From Candidatus Latescibacterota bacterium (GTDB lineage Bacteria > Latescibacterota > UBA2968 > GCA-2709665): a stretch of 64,000 nucleotides of DNA. Both the position numbers and the translations under genes were made by a program. Under the pieces are notes generated by a model. The model was not told the origin of the DNA. It saw nothing but the letters and a program-made list of their open reading frames with translations, and did not search any database. The stretch covers positions 64,001 through 128,000 of the forward strand of contig OZ252100.1 of assembly GCA_965248435.1 (NCBI GenBank), given 5' to 3'. Position 1 is the first letter of the stretch. Every line of letters starts with the position of its first letter. Below are positions 1 to 9,904 of the stretch, piece after piece.

Positions 1-241
1 GATGCTGACAAGACTTTCCAACCGAGTGACCTACCTATACGGTCAGGCCCCGATCAGCCTCACCTTTCCACACGAACCCAGGTGGAGACGAAGACGGGCC
101 TACAAGCGTGCCTGGCACGGGGAAAAACCTGTAACATCGTCGGATGCATCATCCACATCTTAGGCTGAAGAAGAGCGATTTTTGTAGAAAATGACACGGC
201 CAGGCGCCTGATGATGTGCAGCGGGCCTCATGAGCAAGCAC

Positions 242-279
242 GGCCGCCCCGAGCAAGTGCTCCGGGCGGCCTTTTTATT
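242..279 (+). terminator. Intrinsic terminator of an upstream transcript
   Basis: Stem GGCCGCCC-C-GAGCA / TGCTC-C-GGGCGGCC followed by TTTTTATT. Confidence 0.75.
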
Positions 280-454
280 GCCTCTAAGCTGGCGCAAAGT
301 CAGAAATTTAACTGCCAATACGGCCAATGCGAACAATTCGGCGACGGGTATGTGCCATATTGACAATTCGCGCTTTATCTCAGGGGGTGGACTGGAATGG
401 GAAAATATGTATAAGAATTTGTGCGTATTGAAGTTAAAAATATATCCGTTGAAT

Positions 455-469
455 TGGCACAGGCATTGC
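455..469 (+). promoter_or_regulatory. sigma54 (-24/-12) promoter of the hsp20 cluster
   Basis: TGGCACAGGCATTGC matches TGGCACG-N4-TTGC with exact GG/GC spacing; 62 bp before the ATG; AT-rich tract just upstream. Confidence 0.7.
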
Positions 470-530
470 GGTCAGAGTGTGCGTGAGTTAAATGACGACC
501 CATTATCCATATCTAACGGAGGTGAAGAAG

Positions 531-959
531 ATGACACTCGTAAGATGGCAGCCCAGGAGATTGGTCGATTTCAGGAGTGAAATCGACAAGTTCTTTGAGG
601 GGTTTGGGGATGGGGATTCGGTCTGGGGCGCGTGGAGTCCCGCGATGGATGTGTCCGAGACGGAAAACGAGATTCTCGTTCACGCGGACCTGCCCGGTCT
701 GAGCAAGGATCAGATCAAGGTCAGCCTGGAAAACAACGTCCTGACCATCAAAGGAGAGAAGCGGCAGGAGTCCGACAATAAGGACAAGCAGTTCCATAGG
801 AGCGAGAGGTCTTATGGATCCTTCACCCGCTCGTTCAGGCTCCCCTCGGAAGTCGCGGCAGGCAAGATTTCGGCGTCCTACAAGGATGGCGTCCTGGCAC
901 TGACGCTTCCGAAGTCGGAGGCCGCCAAGCCGAAGGAAATCGAGGTGAAGGTGGTCTGA
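531..959 (+). CDS. Hsp20/alpha-crystallin small heat-shock protein
   Basis: ERSYGSFTRSFRLP and YKDGVLALTLPK motifs; start moved to ATG 531, after RBS GGAGGTG. Confidence 0.95.
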   Translation: MTLVRWQPRRLVDFRSEIDKFFEGFGDGDSVWGAWSPAMDVSETENEILVHADLPGLSKDQIKVSLENNVLTIKGEKRQESDNKDKQFHRSERSYGSFTRSFRLPSEVAAGKISASYKDGVLALTLPKSEAAKPKEIEVKVV

Positions 960-1003
960 CGAGGGCCCAGGTCCCTTACCTCACCAAAGCAGTCAACTCT
1001 GGC

Positions 1004-1035
1004 AAGGGGACCGTTCGGGATGAACGGTCCCCTTT
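1004..1035 (+). terminator. Stem-loop/terminator after hsp20
   Basis: 13-bp perfect inverted repeat AAGGGGACCGTTC / GAACGGTCCCCTT with a short T tail. Confidence 0.6.
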
Positions 1036-1093
1036 GAACTGACGAACGGGATCAAAGGTCAGCACAAGCGTTGGCGAAATAAAGGCCGGTCGA

Positions 1094-2068
1094 ATGGATT
1101 TCAAAGACTATTATGAGATGCTAGGGGTCTCAAAAGGGGCGTCGCAAAAGGAGATTCAGAGCGCCTTTCGGAAGCTGGCGCGGACTTGTCACCCGGACAA
1201 GAACAAGGATCCCGCAGCAGAGGAGAAATTCAAGGAGATCAGTGAAGCGAACGAGGTCTTGAGCGATCCGGATAAGCGTGCCAAGTATGACCGCTACGGA
1301 ATGGCCTGGAAGGCCGCTCAAGAGGGTCATGGACAGCCTCCGGGTTTCGAAGGTGTCCGATTCGACTTCGATCCCTCGAACATCGACTTTTCGATGGGTA
1401 GCCGAGGTGAGTTCGGGAGCTTCTTCGATGTTCTGGAACACCTTTTCGGAGGTGCGAGATCGGCTTCCGGCGGGACACCCTTCGGTGGCTTTGGAGGCGT
1501 GCACGGCTCGCGGTCGTCCGGGGGCGCCGATCACGAAGCCCGGCTCAGCTTGACACTGGAAGAGGCCGCTCGAGGCGGAAAACACAGGATTTCGCTGGCG
1601 GACCCGGAAAGTGCCAAATCGAAGATCTACTCGGTTACGTTACCGGCCGGTATCCAGCCCGGAAAACGAATTCGGCTCGCGGGGCAGGGTGGAAAGGGAA
1701 TGGGTGATGGAGCCTCGGGTGATCTGTATCTGATCGTCAATGTCGGGCCCCACGACCGGTTTGAGCTCAAGGGCCGGGATCTCTACACCCTGGTTGCTGT
1801 CACGCCCTGGGAAGCTGCGCTGGGGGGCTCGATCAGGATGAATGCTCTGGATGAAACGATAAAGGTCAGCATCCCGTCCGGATCATCTTCTGGACGCAGG
1901 ATACGGTTAAAGGAGAAGGGATTTCCCGATTCACGCGGCGCTGGCGATCTCTATGCGGAGATTCGGATCGTGGTGCCTGAAAAGGTGTCGAGCAAAGAGC
2001 GGGAACTTTACGAAAAACTCGCGGATGTTTCAGAATTCGAGGCGCACGGACGGGCGAGTGCGAAGTAG
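1094..2068 (+). CDS. cbpA: Class II J-domain co-chaperone (CbpA/DnaJ-like, no Zn finger)
   Basis: N-terminal J domain with HPD motif, G/F-rich linker, DnaJ C-terminal domain, no CxxCxGxG repeats. Confidence 0.88.
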   Translation: MDFKDYYEMLGVSKGASQKEIQSAFRKLARTCHPDKNKDPAAEEKFKEISEANEVLSDPDKRAKYDRYGMAWKAAQEGHGQPPGFEGVRFDFDPSNIDFSMGSRGEFGSFFDVLEHLFGGARSASGGTPFGGFGGVHGSRSSGGADHEARLSLTLEEAARGGKHRISLADPESAKSKIYSVTLPAGIQPGKRIRLAGQGGKGMGDGASGDLYLIVNVGPHDRFELKGRDLYTLVAVTPWEAALGGSIRMNALDETIKVSIPSGSSSGRRIRLKEKGFPDSRGAGDLYAEIRIVVPEKVSSKERELYEKLADVSEFEAHGRASAK

Positions 2069-2087
2069 ACAACTTGAGGAGATGGAC

Positions 2088-4733
2088 ATGGACCTCAGCA
2101 AACTAACGCAAAAATCTCAGGAGGCGGTCCAGGAGGCGCAGACCGGGGCGGCGGGCTACGGTCACGCCGAGGTAGACGGCGAGCATCTGCTTTTGGCCCT
2201 GTTAGAGCAGCCGGACGGACTCCTACCGAGGATTCTGGCACGAATGGATGTGCCGGTGAAGAAACTCATCAGCGAGGTCGAGCAAACCCTGGTGAAACGC
2301 CCGAAGGTATCAGGCCCCGGCGTTGAGGCCGGAAGGATTTACGTCACGGACCGGTTTCAGCGCCTGTTCGGGAGTGCTGAACAGGAAGCAGGGCGGTTGA
2401 AAGATGAGTACATCTCCGTGGAGCACCTCGCCCTCGCGCTCATCGAAGAAGGAAATAGGTCGGAAGGAGGAAAGATCCTTGAGCAGTTCGACATTTCTCG
2501 GGACAGATTCCTCAGCACGCTAACAGGCATACGCGGCGCTCAGCGCGTCACAAGCGCGACGCCGGAGGGGTCCTACGAAGCCTTGGAGAAGTATGGAGTG
2601 GACCTTGTCGCCCAGGCTCGTCAGGGGAGGCTCGATCCTGTCATCGGGCGGGATTCTGAGATCCGGAGGGTGGTGCGCATCTTATCCAGAAAGACGAAAA
2701 ACAACCCGGTGCTCATCGGCGAACCGGGAGTGGGCAAAACGGCGATCATAGAGGGACTGGCGCAGCGCATCGTTCGAGGGGATGTGCCGGAGTGGCTCAA
2801 AGACCGGTCTTTGTTCTCGCTCGATATGGGCGCTCTCATGGCCGGCGCAAAGTACCGCGGGGAGTTCGAGGAGCGGCTCAAGGCCGTTCTGAACGAGATC
2901 AAGGAGAGTGAGGGCAGGATTCTGCTCTTTATAGACGAAGTTCACAACATCGTGGGTGCTGGACGGACGGAGGGATCGACGGACGCGGGGAATATGCTCA
3001 AGCCCATGCTGTCCCGGGGGGAACTGCACTGTATCGGGGCCACGACACTGGATGAACATCGCAAGTATATCGAGAAAGACGCAGCGTTGGAGCGGCGATT
3101 CCAGCCCGTAGTCGTGGATCAGCCAACGGTGGAGGACACGATCTCCATCCTTCGGGGTCTACGCGAGCGATACGAGGTGCATCACGGTGTTCGCATTCAG
3201 GACAATGCCCTTGTCAACGCAGCGATGCTGTCCAATCGATATATCGCAGACCGGTTTCTGCCCGATAAGGCGATCGACCTGGTGGATGAGGCTTGTGCCA
3301 CGGTTCGTACAGAGATCGACTCGATGCCCGCCGAACTGGATGAAATGACGCGCCGCGTGATGCAGCTCGAGATCGAAGAGGCTGCCTTGAAGAAGGAAAA
3401 GGACAAGGCGAGTCGAGAACGGCTGCACGGGCTAAGAAAAGAGCTGGCCGATTTAAAGACCGACACGGATGCGATGCGGGCCCGGTGGGAGACGGAGAAA
3501 GCGGCGATTCAGGATGTCCGGGGAATTCGGGAGGAGATCGAACAGGTGCGTCGGGCGATTGAAGACGCAGAACAGCAGTATGACCTGAACCGAGCCGCGG
3601 AGCTTAAACACGGCAAGCTGCCAGAACTCGAGCGCCAGCTCAGGGCCTCGGAGGCGGTGCAGTCCGGGGACGGCCGGCTGCTGAGAGAAGAGGTCACGGA
3701 GGATGAAATCGCGGAAATCGTCTCACGATGGTCCGGAATTCCGGTTACGCGGCTCGTTGAAGGAGAGCGGGAGAAGCTGCTCCGGCTGGACGAGATCTTG
3801 CACCAGCGGGTCGTGGGTCAGGACGAGGCGGTGTCGCTCGTCGCGGATGCCGTGATCCGGGCGCGAGCCGGGATCAAGGACCCCCGCAGGCCGATCGGGT
3901 CCTTCATCTTTCTCGGGCCGACCGGTGTAGGGAAGACCGAGCTTGCAAAGACGTTGGCAGAGGCCATGTTCGACAGCGAAGAGAACATGGTACGGATCGA
4001 CATGAGCGAATACATGGAAAAGCACACGGTATCCAGGCTGGTGGGTGCCCCCCCGGGCTATGTGGGCTACGAAGAAGGGGGCCAGTTAACCGAGGCCGTC
4101 CGCCGGAAGCCTTATTCCGTGCTCCTGTTCGACGAGATCGAAAAGGCCCACCACGATGTCTTCAACGTCCTCCTGCAGATCTTGGACGATGGGAGGCTTA
4201 CGGACGCGCAGGGGCGAACGGTCGACTTCAAGAATACAGTAATTATTATGACCTCGAACATCGGGTCCCATTTTCTACTCGAGGGTGTAACTGAGCAGGG
4301 AGAGATCAAGGCGGGTGCCCGGGAGGCGGTCTTGCGCGAGATGCGGCAGCACTTCAGGCCCGAGTTCCTGAATCGCGTAGACGATATTGTTCTGTTTAAG
4401 TCTTTGACACAGAGGGAGATTATCCGAATTGTTGAATTGATGGCTGAGGATCTGAAGTGCCGCTTGAGTGGTCGAAGGATCAGGCTCGAGATCACAAAGC
4501 CTGCCTGTGAGTTCGTTGCGCGCGAAGGGTTCGACCCAATCTACGGAGCACGTCCGCTCAGACGCTTCCTCCAGCGCGAGTTGGAGACGCGGATCGGCCG
4601 CGCCCTGATCGGGGGCGAAATTCTGGACGGCGCTTCGATCACCGTAGTTCTCGATGAGGACGAGCTCGTCGTGAAACACGAGAATCCACCGACTGAAACG
4701 GTTGAAGGAGCACCCGAATTTGTCTACAACTAG
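2088..4733 (+). CDS. clpB: ATP-dependent disaggregase ClpB
   Basis: Two Walker A motifs ([16 protein letters not shown]), long coiled-coil middle domain, Clp N-domain; RBS GAGGAG before ATG 2088. Confidence 0.96.
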   Translation: MDLSKLTQKSQEAVQEAQTGAAGYGHAEVDGEHLLLALLEQPDGLLPRILARMDVPVKKLISEVEQTLVKRPKVSGPGVEAGRIYVTDRFQRLFGSAEQEAGRLKDEYISVEHLALALIEEGNRSEGGKILEQFDISRDRFLSTLTGIRGAQRVTSATPEGSYEALEKYGVDLVAQARQGRLDPVIGRDSEIRRVVRILSRKTKNNPVLIGEPGVGKTAIIEGLAQRIVRGDVPEWLKDRSLFSLDMGALMAGAKYRGEFEERLKAVLNEIKESEGRILLFIDEVHNIVGAGRTEGSTDAGNMLKPMLSRGELHCIGATTLDEHRKYIEKDAALERRFQPVVVDQPTVEDTISILRGLRERYEVHHGVRIQDNALVNAAMLSNRYIADRFLPDKAIDLVDEACATVRTEIDSMPAELDEMTRRVMQLEIEEAALKKEKDKASRERLHGLRKELADLKTDTDAMRARWETEKAAIQDVRGIREEIEQVRRAIEDAEQQYDLNRAAELKHGKLPELERQLRASEAVQSGDGRLLREEVTEDEIAEIVSRWSGIPVTRLVEGEREKLLRLDEILHQRVVGQDEAVSLVADAVIRARAGIKDPRRPIGSFIFLGPTGVGKTELAKTLAEAMFDSEENMVRIDMSEYMEKHTVSRLVGAPPGYVGYEEGGQLTEAVRRKPYSVLLFDEIEKAHHDVFNVLLQILDDGRLTDAQGRTVDFKNTVIIMTSNIGSHFLLEGVTEQGEIKAGAREAVLREMRQHFRPEFLNRVDDIVLFKSLTQREIIRIVELMAEDLKCRLSGRRIRLEITKPACEFVAREGFDPIYGARPLRRFLQRELETRIGRALIGGEILDGASITVVLDEDELVVKHENPPTETVEGAPEFVYN

Positions 4734-4758
4734 GGCAGAAGGTACGTGAGATGACATA

Positions 4759-4789
4759 ACCCCTTCCTCGCAGGAGGAAGGGGTCTTTT
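4759..4789 (+). terminator. Intrinsic terminator after clpB
   Basis: ACCCCTTCCTC / GAGGAAGGGGT stem followed by CTTTT. Confidence 0.7.
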
Positions 4790-4908
4790 GCTTTCCCGGT
4801 AATCGGACAGCTGCGCCATCATCGCCTGATTTCCTCAAGAAATTTCTTGTCACTTTTGGTGATAACCTTATCTTCTTTTAGACACTTATAGCCCGAAAGG
4901 GTTCTTTT

Positions 4909-6366
4909 ATGAAGAAGGCTAAAATCGTCTGCACCATCGGACCCTCTTCAAGCTCCAAGGAGATGATTACCCGGTTGATCGAGGCGGGCATGGACGTCGC
5001 CCGTCTCAATTTTTCTCACGGTGATCATTCAGCACAAAAGGCAAATATCCTCGCAGTCAGAGCGGCCTCCGAACAGATGAACCGGCCTGTGGCCATCCTC
5101 CAGGATCTTCAAGGCCCCAGGATCAGGGTCGGCGAAATCCACGAGGGATCCATCGAACTCGTTTCAGGGGAACGGGTTGTTCTCACGACGCGCGAAGTGA
5201 CTGGCACGTCCAAGGAGATACCCACCACCTATCAGATGCTTCCGGAAGATGTGGGGAAAGGGGACAGGATTTTACTCGATGACGGCCAGATCGAGTTAAG
5301 CGTCCTCGATGTGGATGGGCGCGACGTGCAATGCGAAGTGGTGACAGGGGGACATCTGAAGGCTCACAAGGGGATCAACCTTCCCGGGGTCCAGGTGAGT
5401 GCATCGTCATTAACTGTCAAAGATCGGGAAGACTTGGCGTTTGGCATCGATCAGGGCGTCGACTATTTGGCCCTGTCGTTCGTCCGGGGTCCATCCGATG
5501 TTCAGGAAGTGAAGGATCTGTTAAAGGAGCGGGGATCGGACGTCCCGGTGATCGCCAAGCTGGAGCGCCCGGAGGCGGTCGAGAACCTGGATGCCATCCT
5601 GGAGATCTCGGACGGAATCATGGTGGCCAGAGGCGACCTCGGCGTGGAGTTGTCTCCCGAAGAGGTCCCCATCGTCCAGAAACAGATGATTTCGGCGGCC
5701 AACCAGGCGGGGGCGCTTGTCATCACGGCTACCCAAATGCTGGAGTCGATGACCACGAACCCTCGCCCGACGCGGGCAGAGGCCTCCGATGTCGCCAATG
5801 CCGTCTTCGATGGGACCGACGCGGTGATGCTTTCGGGGGAAACCGCGGTCGGGAAGTATCCCGAAGCGTCGGTACGCATGATGGCGCGGATTGTCGAGCG
5901 CACAGAGACCAGTATGCTGGCCGAGGCACCGATACGTCGCCGTGCCGATCAGTCGGATTCCCTCACCTTCCCGGGTGCGATCGGGCACGCCGCTGCAACA
6001 GTGGCCCAGGATATGGGGGCCAAGGCGATCGTCGCCTTCACGCAATCCGGGTCGACCGCAATGTTGATTTCCAAGTGGCGACCCAGGACCCCGATCATCG
6101 CGTTTACGCCGCACGAAGTCATCTTGAGGCGGCTCTGCCTTTGCTGGGGGACCGAGCCGAGGGTGATGGAACTCGTGGAGGATACGGACGAGATGGTTTC
6201 AGAAGTGAGCGAACAACTGCTTAAGGAAGGGAGCGTCGAAGTCGGGGACGTGCTCGTGATCCTTGCCGGGGCCCCTGTGACGGCGCGGGCCGAGACGAAC
6301 CTGCTGAAGCTGCACCGGGTGGGTGAGGGACAATCCGGTCCAGATTTGGAGGATCAGTCAAAGTGA
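4909..6366 (+). CDS. pyk: Pyruvate kinase
   Basis: KIVCTIGP, RLNFSHG, MVARGDLGVE, ATQMLESM and MLSGETA motifs. Confidence 0.97.
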   Translation: MKKAKIVCTIGPSSSSKEMITRLIEAGMDVARLNFSHGDHSAQKANILAVRAASEQMNRPVAILQDLQGPRIRVGEIHEGSIELVSGERVVLTTREVTGTSKEIPTTYQMLPEDVGKGDRILLDDGQIELSVLDVDGRDVQCEVVTGGHLKAHKGINLPGVQVSASSLTVKDREDLAFGIDQGVDYLALSFVRGPSDVQEVKDLLKERGSDVPVIAKLERPEAVENLDAILEISDGIMVARGDLGVELSPEEVPIVQKQMISAANQAGALVITATQMLESMTTNPRPTRAEASDVANAVFDGTDAVMLSGETAVGKYPEASVRMMARIVERTETSMLAEAPIRRRADQSDSLTFPGAIGHAAATVAQDMGAKAIVAFTQSGSTAMLISKWRPRTPIIAFTPHEVILRRLCLCWGTEPRVMELVEDTDEMVSEVSEQLLKEGSVEVGDVLVILAGAPVTARAETNLLKLHRVGEGQSGPDLEDQSK

Positions 6367-7754
6367 CCGACGAACTGGCCCCCGCAGGAGCAGCCGGAGG
6401 GGCAACAGAACATCCGATCGAGGCGCTCGTGGAGGTGTCCACACATCTCCTCGAGATGGAAGACCGGAGGACACTCAAAGGGGTGCTCAACGGACAGAGG
6501 CCCGCCGATCTGGCTGACCTGATGCGGCTCATAGATAACAAGACTAGAGAAAGCCTGTTCAACCTGCTCGATGACCACCTGGCAGCGGAGGTGCTGGCCG
6601 AGTCAGATGCGGCAACCGCCGTCGCGATTGCCGAGGACCTGGGACCCCGGGAGTTGTCGGACCTCGTCGAGGAGATGGCACCCGACGACGCTGCAGACCT
6701 GCTGTCAGAACTGGAGGATGAGGAGGCCGAGAAGGTCCTGGATCTGATGGAGGTTGAAGAGGCGCAGGAAGTCCAGGAACTGATGGCGCACGAAGAGGAT
6801 ACCGGGGGCGGCATCATGACCCCGGAGCTTGTTTTGGCACAAGAAAATACAACGGTATCCGAGGTGATCGAGACACTCCGGCGGGAGGCCGAAGAGACCG
6901 ACATTGCCGAGCTTTATGTCGTCGATGAGAAAGACAGGCTTGTCGGGGAGGTCCCACTTCATCGATTGGTGACAGCCCGGCCTGGGTCGACGATGGCCGA
7001 CCTGATGTTCCGGGATTTGATCACGGTGACACCCGAAACGGATCAGGAGGAGATCGCCAGGCTGTTTACGCGCTACGATCTGCTCGCCCTGCCGGTCGTG
7101 GACGCTGACGGTACCCTGGTCGGGCAGATCACGGTGGACGACGTGCTGGATGTGATCCACGAAGAGGCGACTGAAGATATCTACAAAATGGCGGGGACGA
7201 GCGACCAGGAGATCGTCCATCCCTCGGTCTTTGGCGTTGCCTGGGTCCGACTGCCCTGGCTTATGCTTGCCCTTCTCGGAAGCTTCCTGTCGGGACTCGT
7301 GATCCACGTCTTCGACGTCGCGCTGGAGCGGGTGATTACACTGGCCGCCTTCATTCCGGTGATTATGGCCACCGGGGGCAACAGCGGCCTGCAGGCATCC
7401 ACGGTAACCGTGCGGAATCTGGTCACAGGCCAGGCTTCGACTCGTTCGATATTACGAATGGTCTTGAGAGAAGTCGGTACCGCTGTCGTGATCGGGGCAG
7501 CGTGCGGGATCGCCGCGAGTGCGGTGGCCTGGCTCTGGTTTCAGGAACCCCTGGTAGGTGTGTGCGTGGGCGGGGCCATGTTCCTCGTGATCACCCTGGC
7601 CGTTTTTCTTGGGGTTCTGGCTCCTGTGGTTTTTCAGCGTGTCGGTATCGATCCGGCCATAGCCTCTGCCCCCTTCATCACGACGGCCAATGATATTCTG
7701 GGACTGTTCATCTATCTGGGTCTCGCCACGATCCTGATCGAACGGTTTATGTAG
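6363..7754 (+). CDS. mgtE: Magnesium transporter MgtE
   Basis: Acidic N-domain, CBS pair, GGNSGLQ, and DPAIASAPFITTANDI transmembrane motif. Confidence 0.93.
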   Translation: MTDELAPAGAAGGATEHPIEALVEVSTHLLEMEDRRTLKGVLNGQRPADLADLMRLIDNKTRESLFNLLDDHLAAEVLAESDAATAVAIAEDLGPRELSDLVEEMAPDDAADLLSELEDEEAEKVLDLMEVEEAQEVQELMAHEEDTGGGIMTPELVLAQENTTVSEVIETLRREAEETDIAELYVVDEKDRLVGEVPLHRLVTARPGSTMADLMFRDLITVTPETDQEEIARLFTRYDLLALPVVDADGTLVGQITVDDVLDVIHEEATEDIYKMAGTSDQEIVHPSVFGVAWVRLPWLMLALLGSFLSGLVIHVFDVALERVITLAAFIPVIMATGGNSGLQASTVTVRNLVTGQASTRSILRMVLREVGTAVVIGAACGIAASAVAWLWFQEPLVGVCVGGAMFLVITLAVFLGVLAPVVFQRVGIDPAIASAPFITTANDILGLFIYLGLATILIERFM

Positions 7755-7761
7755 AAAGCCA

Positions 7762-7968
7762 ATGACTCCGATCCTGCGATTCACGATCGCGTTTCTGCTC
7801 CTCGTCCTGCCCATTTCTGTGGGGACGATAGGCTACGCCTGGGTTGAAGGATGGTCGATTTTGGACAGCCTTTACATGACCCTCATAACGATCACGACGG
7901 TGGGCTATGCCCTGGGCGACGAAGCCCAGTTGGATCGGTTAAAGGTGATGGCATCCGCGACTACCTAA
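7762..7968 (+). pseudogene. Internally deleted RCK-type (TrkA/MthK-like) potassium channel
   Basis: TM1 and pore helix (DSLYMTLITITTVGY) joined directly to an RCK_C-like end (ALGDEAQLDRL); only 68 aa. Confidence 0.7.
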
Positions 7969-8102
7969 CACCACCCTGCCTTCCGCGTGCGGCAAGTTTT
8001 TACTACGATTCAAACCACTTCGATTTTCCCTACCGCTCACCTCTCCAATAGCTCCCACAAGATCTTCCCCTGTGACCGAATGACCGAACGGAATACAGAC
8101 CG

Positions 8103-9875
8103 TTGACCTGGCAAAGACTTTTTGTGATTCCATTTCTCGTCTGTTGCCCTTTGGTGGTTTTGGGGCAGGGGGGCGTGCGCCCCGTGATCGAACGATTGGC
8201 AATCCAGGGGAATCGCGCGATCTCAGTGGGCGAACTCAAACGATTGATGAATACCCGTCAGAGTTCCGCGTTCTCCTGGCTGCCAGGAGTGGGGACTCGC
8301 GTGTTCGAATCTCAGGTGTTCCGGGCAGACGTGGCCCGAATTGTCGCCCGTTACAAGGAGATGGGATTTTTCGACGCGGCTGTGGATACGACAATCGACC
8401 GCAGCCGTCCGGGCGCAGTTCGCCTGGGGATCAAAATCGTAGAGGGAGAGGCGGTTCGGGTCTCACGACTCGATCTCGAGGGGTTTGGCGGGGTTCCCGA
8501 CATGGACAGCACCGGCCTGCGGAACATTCTTCTGTCGATTCCCGGCCAGCCGCTTTCCAAGACTGCGCTGGAAAAAGATCAACGGGAGGTTCTACGTCGC
8601 CTGCAAAACAAGGGTTACGCATTTGCCGAGGTGACCGGAGATATTGAAGTGAAGCGTGACAGCAAACGTGCCGTGGTGGCATTTCGAGTCATCCACGGCC
8701 CGGTTTGTCGATTCGGTGACGTTTCCGTAGAGGGCAATCAGAAGGTTTCCGATGGGATCATCCGTCGCGGTCTCACTTTCCAGCGCGGCGAGGTTTATCA
8801 AATGTCGAAAATCCTGGACAGCCAGAGGGAGTTGTATCGAGCCGGCGTGTTTCGCTCCGTGTCGCTCGCGCTTCCTGACAGCCTCGAACAGTCGAGTCCC
8901 GTGCCGATGGTCGTCTCCGTAAGTGAGCGAAGGCCGAGGAGCTTGAAGCTTGGTGCGGGCTACGATACCGAAGAGCAGATCCGTGGGTCGATCACCTGGC
9001 AGCATCGGAACTTTCTTGGGGGTGCCAGGCGGCTTGCCCTGGAATCAGCTGCGTCATCATTGGAAATGAGTGCGACGCTCGGAATCAGGCAGCCCTATGT
9101 TTTCGGCAGCAGGACCTGGCTCAGCCTGTCAGGGTTTATTGAGCAGGACCGACCCGAGGAGATTCGAGTTAAGCGATTTGGCGGCAGCGCTTCGCTGGAA
9201 AGGACATTTCGATCCACGGGCAGGCTGGTCTTCGAGATTCGAACGGAGCTCGTAGATTTCCAAGCAGACAGCACGCGTACGAATTTTATCCTCGCTTATC
9301 AAGAGGACACGCGAGACGATTTTTTCGATCCACAGCGGGGTGCTGTGGCCCTGATTACGCTGGAGGAGTCGGGGCATTTCTTTCAGTCCGAACAGGAATT
9401 GCTCAAACTGACCGGAGAGGGCCGATGGTACAGGCGCATCCGGTCCCGCGGTGTACTGGCTTTCCGGGTTTCAGCCGGATGGATCAGGGAACTTGGCAAG
9501 ACCCGGGAAGTTCCAAACTTTGAGCGATTCTTCTCTGGAGGCGCGAGGAGCGTGAGGGGATGGCGTCTGAATCAGCTGGGCCCCCGAGACGCTGCTGGTG
9601 TCCCCGTTGGAGGATTGAGCCAGCTGGAGGGGGGCATCGAACTGCGATATCGGATCTTTCCTGTCGTGGGTGCCGCCATTTTTCTGGACGGGGGAAACGT
9701 GGGGTCTGGTCGCCTCGATGCGTTCGATCTAACCACCCTGAAATGGTCGGCCGGTTATGGGCTACGGTATCTGAGCCCCATCGGGCCACTTCGCGTGGAC
9801 GTTGCCCACCGGCTTTCAGAGGATTCACTTGAACCGGGGAGAAGAATCTATTTCAGCTTTGGCCAGGCGTTCTGA
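8103..9875 (+). CDS. Omp85/TamA-family outer-membrane protein
   Basis: POTRA repeats, SVRGW motif, SPIGPLRVD, C-terminal FSFGQAF beta-signal; adjacent to a TamB-like gene; start uncertain. Confidence 0.88.
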   Translation: MTWQRLFVIPFLVCCPLVVLGQGGVRPVIERLAIQGNRAISVGELKRLMNTRQSSAFSWLPGVGTRVFESQVFRADVARIVARYKEMGFFDAAVDTTIDRSRPGAVRLGIKIVEGEAVRVSRLDLEGFGGVPDMDSTGLRNILLSIPGQPLSKTALEKDQREVLRRLQNKGYAFAEVTGDIEVKRDSKRAVVAFRVIHGPVCRFGDVSVEGNQKVSDGIIRRGLTFQRGEVYQMSKILDSQRELYRAGVFRSVSLALPDSLEQSSPVPMVVSVSERRPRSLKLGAGYDTEEQIRGSITWQHRNFLGGARRLALESAASSLEMSATLGIRQPYVFGSRTWLSLSGFIEQDRPEEIRVKRFGGSASLERTFRSTGRLVFEIRTELVDFQADSTRTNFILAYQEDTRDDFFDPQRGAVALITLEESGHFFQSEQELLKLTGEGRWYRRIRSRGVLAFRVSAGWIRELGKTREVPNFERFFSGGARSVRGWRLNQLGPRDAAGVPVGGLSQLEGGIELRYRIFPVVGAAIFLDGGNVGSGRLDAFDLTTLKWSAGYGLRYLSPIGPLRVDVAHRLSEDSLEPGRRIYFSFGQAF

Positions 9876-9904
9876 AGATCCAGATAAAGATCGAGGGGCG
9901 AAGT

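Noticed and set aside
2-163. Open frame MLTRLSNRVTYLYG...SSTS ahead of the terminator at 242
   Set aside because: Cut by the window edge, no recognisable family, and frame 1 is also open; cannot be called.
454-530. CIRCE/HAIR operator or ROSE thermometer for hsp20
   Set aside because: TTGGCAC...GAGTG half-sites have the wrong spacing and several mismatches; no U(U/C)GCU anti-SD motif.
4790-4908. Mg2+/Mn2+ riboswitch (M-box, yybP-ykoY) for the pyk-mgtE operon or in the metal island
   Set aside because: No recognisable consensus, leaders are short, and mgtE overlaps the pyk stop codon.
5331-6224. Long alternative-frame and antisense ORFs (e.g. 5331-6224, 13253-14146, 18860-19633, 34892-35776, 37614-38510)
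   Set aside because: They overlap well-supported genes, have no recognisable motifs, and are expected shadow ORFs in GC-rich DNA.
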